A DNA stretch of 64,000 bases from Bdellovibrionales bacterium. GTDB lineage: Bacteria > Pseudomonadota > Alphaproteobacteria > Micavibrionales > UBA2020. Positions 60,018-64,000 of the stretch are shown here, one piece after another. Numbering within the stretch: the stretch's first letter is position 1; each line of letters opens with the position of its first letter. The position numbers and the translations under genes are program-made. The notes beneath the pieces were generated by a model. That model searched no databases. It was not told where the DNA came from and was given only the letters and a program-made list of their open reading frames with translations. The DNA lies in contig JBBRVE010000006.1 of NCBI GenBank assembly GCA_038247245.1, forward strand, positions 9,894-73,893. Reading direction: 5' to 3'.

Positions 60018-60485
60018 ATGTTCCGCGACCGTTTCCTGAAACGCATCATCATGTTCGTGTTTTTTGCGGCGCTGGTTTTCCCGGCCATGCTGAAGCAGTT
60101 GGGCACCATCAACCCCATGAACCCGATGATGGGCACGGCATCACAACATGCGCCGCAGCTGACCGAAAAACGCAAAATGCACATGCTGCATGGCGACCAG
60201 TCGGGCGGCGGGCATATGCACGGCACGGGCGCGCCCTGCAAATCGGAATTCCCCGCCGACTGGACCGAAGACAAAATCGTGGCGACCGTCACGAACATGG
60301 CCGCCAACGACAACCTCGGCTGGCAGCAGCAGAAAAACGGCAATTACGTGGCGGAGGCGAATGACGGACAGGTGCGTGTGCGCGTGGTGCTGAACAGCAA
60401 CCGCACGCAGATCATTACGGCCTATCCCGTTAACCTGCCGCTGAACCCGTGCAACCGCGGCGCGGCGAACGACAACAATCCGTGA
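60018..60485 (+). CDS. Small exported bacterial EndoU-like nuclease-domain protein
   Basis: N-terminal hydrophobic signal or anchor (IIMFVFFAALVFPAML). LHGDQSGGGHMHG..KSEFPADWTEDKIV ... VRVRVVL...IITAYPVN matches my recollection of the bacterial EndoU toxin-domain pattern (His-His-Lys). The ATG abuts the glgX TAA. Confidence 0.6.
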   Translation: MFRDRFLKRIIMFVFFAALVFPAMLKQLGTINPMNPMMGTASQHAPQLTEKRKMHMLHGDQSGGGHMHGTGAPCKSEFPADWTEDKIVATVTNMAANDNLGWQQQKNGNYVAEANDGQVRVRVVLNSNRTQIITAYPVNLPLNPCNRGAANDNNP

Positions 60486-61487
60486 TTATTTGTATTTGTG
60501 GGTGTCGCCGTTGATGTCGGTGACGTCATAGCCGTCTTCCGATTCAGCAATCCATTTCCGGCCGACCGGCACCTTGCCGAAGCCGCCCGGGATATCCAGC
60601 ATGTAATGCGGCTGCGCGATGCCGGACATTTTGCCCTGTAGCTGCGCGGTCAGTTCCTGCCCTTCCTTAATGCTCAGGCGGAAATGACCGGTGCCGGGGG
60701 CAAGGTCTGGATGGTGAAGGTAATAGGGCTTAATTTTCATGGCGGTGAAGGCGCGGAACAACTGCTCCAGCACTTTCGCATCGTTATTCACGCCTCTCAG
60801 CAGCGTGGACTGGCTGAGCAGCGGTATGCCCGCCTTCACGAATTTTTGCGCAACGGCCTTTACCTTGTCCGTCAATTCGCGCGGATGGTTGGCGTGGAAC
60901 ACGACATACACGGCCTTGTCGCTTTGTAGCGCATCGACCAGTTCATCAGTAACCCGCGTCGGGTCGGCAACGGGCACGCGCGTATGAAAGCGGATCACCT
61001 GTACATGCGGGATTTCGTTCAGCGCCTGCATGATTTCGCCCAAGCGGCGCGGCGACAGCACGAAGGGGTCACCACCCGTCAAAATTACTTCCCAGATCGC
61101 TGGCGTGTTGCGGATATAGGCAAGCGCCTTTTGCAATTCTTCGCGGTTCAGCATCTCGCTGCCGGGCCCGACTTTTTCGCGGCGGAAGCAGAAGCGGCAA
61201 TAGACGGCGCAAACATGCACGGCCTTCAGCAGCACGCGGTCGGGATAGCGATGCACGATGCCCTTTACGGGTGAATGCGCGTCATCGCCGATCGGGTCTT
61301 CCAATTCATCCGGCGTGGTTTTCAATTCCTCGGCGGTAGGCAGGTATTGTTTTGCGATGGGGTCGGCAGCGTCATTTTCGTCAATCAGCTCCATCACCTC
61401 ATCTGTTACGGCGACGGCATAGCGTTCCATGACCTCGGCCAGTGCAGGGTCGTCGCTCAGGGGGATGGATTTGGATTTCGGCTGCAT
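60486..61487 (-). CDS. KamA-family radical SAM protein (lysine 2,3-aminomutase-like, short EpmB-like form)
   Basis: CAVYCRFCFRR radical-SAM cluster motif. GGDPF. 333 aa. Confidence 0.85.
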   Translation of the reverse strand: MQPKSKSIPLSDDPALAEVMERYAVAVTDEVMELIDENDAADPIAKQYLPTAEELKTTPDELEDPIGDDAHSPVKGIVHRYPDRVLLKAVHVCAVYCRFCFRREKVGPGSEMLNREELQKALAYIRNTPAIWEVILTGGDPFVLSPRRLGEIMQALNEIPHVQVIRFHTRVPVADPTRVTDELVDALQSDKAVYVVFHANHPRELTDKVKAVAQKFVKAGIPLLSQSTLLRGVNNDAKVLEQLFRAFTAMKIKPYYLHHPDLAPGTGHFRLSIKEGQELTAQLQGKMSGIAQPHYMLDIPGGFGKVPVGRKWIAESEDGYDVTDINGDTHKYK

Positions 61488-61563
61488 TTAACTTTCTCTG
61501 TTAGGCCGTTTTATGTACACTAAATCTGCGTAAACCTCAAACCAAACCCCCTTCCCGTTGATT

Positions 61564-62118
61564 ATGAAGACAATTCTTGTAACGCCGACGCTTGCCTATA
61601 TGTCCGGTTACCTCGACGCCCTGCGCGAGGGGCATCGCCTTGGCGCGGCCACCATCAAGACAGCCGAAGAAATCGCCAGGATCGAAAGCGACCCTCAGGC
61701 CTTCCTTGACGATTTGCTGGGCCCGAAACCCGCAACGCGCATCAACGAGTTGGGCAAGGAGGTCGAGCGCGTGCCACAAAGCATGGTGTGGCTGGTCGAA
61801 AATGGCGTTTTCGTTGGCGATGCGGGCATCCGTCATAAACTGACGCCCGAGCTGGAGATATCCGGCGGGCATATCGGCTATAGCGTGCGCCCATCATTTC
61901 AGGGCAAGGGTTACGCGACCGACCTGCTGCGTCACTGCCTTGTTTGGGTACGCGATAACCTCGCCATGCCCCGTGTGATGCTGACCTGCCGGACGGATAA
62001 CGAAGCATCGGCGCGCGTGATTGAAAAGAATGGCGGCACCTTAATAGATGTCACGCCGCACCCCTATACCGCTGGAATGACACAGAAAAGATACTGGGTT
62101 GCTGTGCCGGTCAAATGA
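61564..62118 (+). CDS. GNAT-family N-acetyltransferase
   Basis: Acetyl-CoA-binding-like segment RPSFQGKGYATDLL and the NEASARVIEKNGG motif. Confidence 0.75.
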   Translation: MKTILVTPTLAYMSGYLDALREGHRLGAATIKTAEEIARIESDPQAFLDDLLGPKPATRINELGKEVERVPQSMVWLVENGVFVGDAGIRHKLTPELEISGGHIGYSVRPSFQGKGYATDLLRHCLVWVRDNLAMPRVMLTCRTDNEASARVIEKNGGTLIDVTPHPYTAGMTQKRYWVAVPVK

Positions 62119-62122
62119 TTTC

Positions 62123-62151
62123 TTTACATAATTCACTTGCTTTGATATAAA
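62123..62151 (+). promoter_or_regulatory. Candidate sigma70-type promoter for rimO
   Basis: TTTACA (62123-62128), 17-nt spacer, TATAAA (62146-62151). Confidence 0.35.
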
Positions 62152-62183
62152 CGCATGCCATGTTATTGAGGGCAGAGGGAAAA

Positions 62184-63584
62184 ATGACCGCAACCACCAT
62201 AAAAAAGAAAAAGAACACCAAGGAGCAAGAATCTCCGACCGTGGGTATCGTAAGCCTTGGCTGCCCGAAGGCGCTGGTGGATACGGAACGGATTCTGACG
62301 CAGTTGCGCTCGGAAGGTTACCAGCTGTCGCCGAATTACGAAGACGCGAATGTGGTGATCGTGAACACCTGTGGCTTCCTCGACAGCGCGAAGGAAGAAT
62401 CCCTCGAAGCCATCGGCGAAGCGATGGCGGCGAACGGCAAAGTGATCGTCACCGGCTGCATGGGCGCAGAGCCCGAGCAGATCATGAAAAAATATCCCAA
62501 AGTTCTGGCCGTGACAGGCCCGCAGCAATACGAAGCCGTCGTAAGCGAAGTGCACAAGGTTGCGCCCGCGCCGCATGACCCCTTCGTTGATCTTGTCCCC
62601 GCCCCCGGCGAAGCGCGCAAGACGTCGCGCCTGTCGGAGGTCGAACAATCGGTCGGCGTGAAGCTGACGCCGCGTCATTACGCGTATTTGAAAATTTCCG
62701 AAGGCTGCAACAACCGCTGCACTTTCTGCATCATCCCGAAACTGCGCGGCGATCTCGTGTCCCGCCCGATCATTCAGGTCTTGGCAGAAGCCGAGCGTCT
62801 GGTGAAGGCTGGCACGAAAGAAATCCTCGTGATTTCGCAAGACACCTCGGCCTACGGCATCGACAACAAATATCAGGCGTATCCGTATAAAAACCGTACC
62901 ATCCGCACGAAATTCATCGAGCTGTGCAAGGAATTGTCGGACATCGGCGCATGGACGCGCCTGCATTACGTTTACCCCTATCCGCATGTCGATGAAGTGT
63001 TCCCGTTGATGCAGGAAGGCAAGCTGCTGCCCTATATCGATATCCCGTTCCAGCATGCATCCCCCGCCGTGCTGAAAAACATGCGCCGCCCCGCGCATCA
63101 GGAAAAGACACTCGACCGTATCCATGGCTGGCGCAAGGCAGCGCCCGATCTTACCATCCGCTCCACCTTCGTCGTGGGCTTCCCCGGCGAGACGGAAGAG
63201 GATTTCCAGTTTCTGCTGGACTGGATGCAGGAAGCGCAGCTGGACCGCGTTGGCTGCTTCAAATACGAGCAGGTGACGGGTGCTGAATCAAACAAGATCC
63301 AGCCGCATGTGCCCGAAGAAGTGAAGGAAGAACGCTGGCACCGCTTCATGGCGTTGCAGCAGGGCATTTCCGCCGCGAAACTGCAGAAGAAAATCGGCCG
63401 CGAGATGCTGGTGTTGATCGACAGCGCAGGCAAGCAGGGCGGCCTTGGCCGCTCATCGGCGGATGCGCCCGAAATCGACGGTCATGTGAAAGTCACAGGC
63501 AAAAACCTGAAGCCCGGCGATATCGTGAAGGTGAAAATCACAGCCGCCGACGAATACGACCTTGAAGGCAAGGTCGTCGCGTAA
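62184..63584 (+). CDS. rimO: Ribosomal protein S12 methylthiotransferase
   Basis: [18 protein letters not shown], radical [12 protein letters not shown]-terminal TRAM domain. AGAGGGA Shine-Dalgarno before ATG 62184. Confidence 0.93.
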   Translation: MTATTIKKKKNTKEQESPTVGIVSLGCPKALVDTERILTQLRSEGYQLSPNYEDANVVIVNTCGFLDSAKEESLEAIGEAMAANGKVIVTGCMGAEPEQIMKKYPKVLAVTGPQQYEAVVSEVHKVAPAPHDPFVDLVPAPGEARKTSRLSEVEQSVGVKLTPRHYAYLKISEGCNNRCTFCIIPKLRGDLVSRPIIQVLAEAERLVKAGTKEILVISQDTSAYGIDNKYQAYPYKNRTIRTKFIELCKELSDIGAWTRLHYVYPYPHVDEVFPLMQEGKLLPYIDIPFQHASPAVLKNMRRPAHQEKTLDRIHGWRKAAPDLTIRSTFVVGFPGETEEDFQFLLDWMQEAQLDRVGCFKYEQVTGAESNKIQPHVPEEVKEERWHRFMALQQGISAAKLQKKIGREMLVLIDSAGKQGGLGRSSADAPEIDGHVKVTGKNLKPGDIVKVKITAADEYDLEGKVVA

Positions 63585-63587
63585 ATC

Positions 63588-64000
63588 TTAAAGACCGGAA
63601 GGTTTGCGAAGTTTCGCCTTTTGCAGCGCGCCTGAAAACACGTCCGCTTCATCCAGCTTGCCACCGCGTTTTTTGTGTTCGGCGAATGCCTTGCGCAGGC
63701 CGGCTGTATCATCCAGCGACGCGAAACTGTCGCGCTGCATGGCCTCCACATCGCCCACGCTCGATTTGCGCACCAGCGTCACGCGTTCCTTGCGCGGGAA
63801 ATTGAAAATTTCCTGCATCACGCGATCCTGCAGCGGATAACTGAACGACACTTCATCGGGTCCGAAATCGATAAATTTCTGGATATAATTTGCGATGTCG
63901 GCGCGCGAATTCTCCTTCGCCAGCTGCACGACGCTCTTGCCCTCGCTGTTGATGGCGGCGGCGTGTGCGCCACGCTCCAGCAACAAAACAACCACATCCA
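63588..64000 (-). CDS. Ankyrin-repeat-containing protein, 5'-partial (continues beyond the window)
   Basis: The reading frame is open to the window edge. LLLERGAHAAAINSEGKSVVQLA is an ankyrin repeat consensus. Basic C-terminal tail. Confidence 0.55.
   Translation of the reverse strand, partial: DVVVLLLERGAHAAAINSEGKSVVQLAKENSRADIANYIQKFIDFGPDEVSFSYPLQDRVMQEIFNFPRKERVTLVRKSSVGDVEAMQRDSFASLDDTAGLRKAFAEHKKRGGKLDEADVFSGALQKAKLRKPSGL

Overview
GC-rich (about 60% by eye) chromosomal window with alphaproteobacterial-style gene content. It is densely coding, with about 50 CDS. I found no rRNA, tRNA, CRISPR array, transposase or integrase. Most of the window concerns purine and nucleotide metabolism. 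(1) A tightly packed nine-gene de novo purine operon on the minus strand, purF-purE(like)-purC-purD-purN-purL-purQ-purH-purM (39339-51074), plus guaA and guaB. (2) Purine catabolism split into two loci: allA plus an allantoicase-like gene at 9.4-11.1 kb, and aceB-puuD / uraH / puuE-uraD at 27.7-32.8 kb. (3) A long NAD synthase divergent from an atypical PRPP-synthetase-like gene. Other content: trpBA; a 1942-aa thioester-type alpha-2-macroglobulin; a GT2-PilZ (BcsA-like) polysaccharide synthase with a BcsS-like outer-membrane protein; a two-subunit Tat-dependent GMC sugar dehydrogenase whose large subunit is broken at a T8 run; an SPFH/flotillin protein with internal repeats; a yybP-ykoY Mn riboswitch upstream of mntP; glgX followed by a small signal-peptide EndoU-like nuclease; a KamA-family radical SAM gene; rimO. 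The regions most worth a second look are listed here. (a) A roughly 1 kb AT-rich micro-island directly after guaA, with an 18-bp direct repeat (17 of 18 identical) that duplicates the guaA 3' end. (b) An uncharacterised, translationally coupled pair: a membrane M48 peptidase and a protein with a CorA-like topology. (c) The BcsB-less c-di-GMP-type synthase locus, which runs directly into the dehydrogenase genes. (d) The orphan exported EndoU-like nuclease. (e) The unusual domain architectures of PurL and PurE. All functional calls come from motif recognition by eye. No database search was run.
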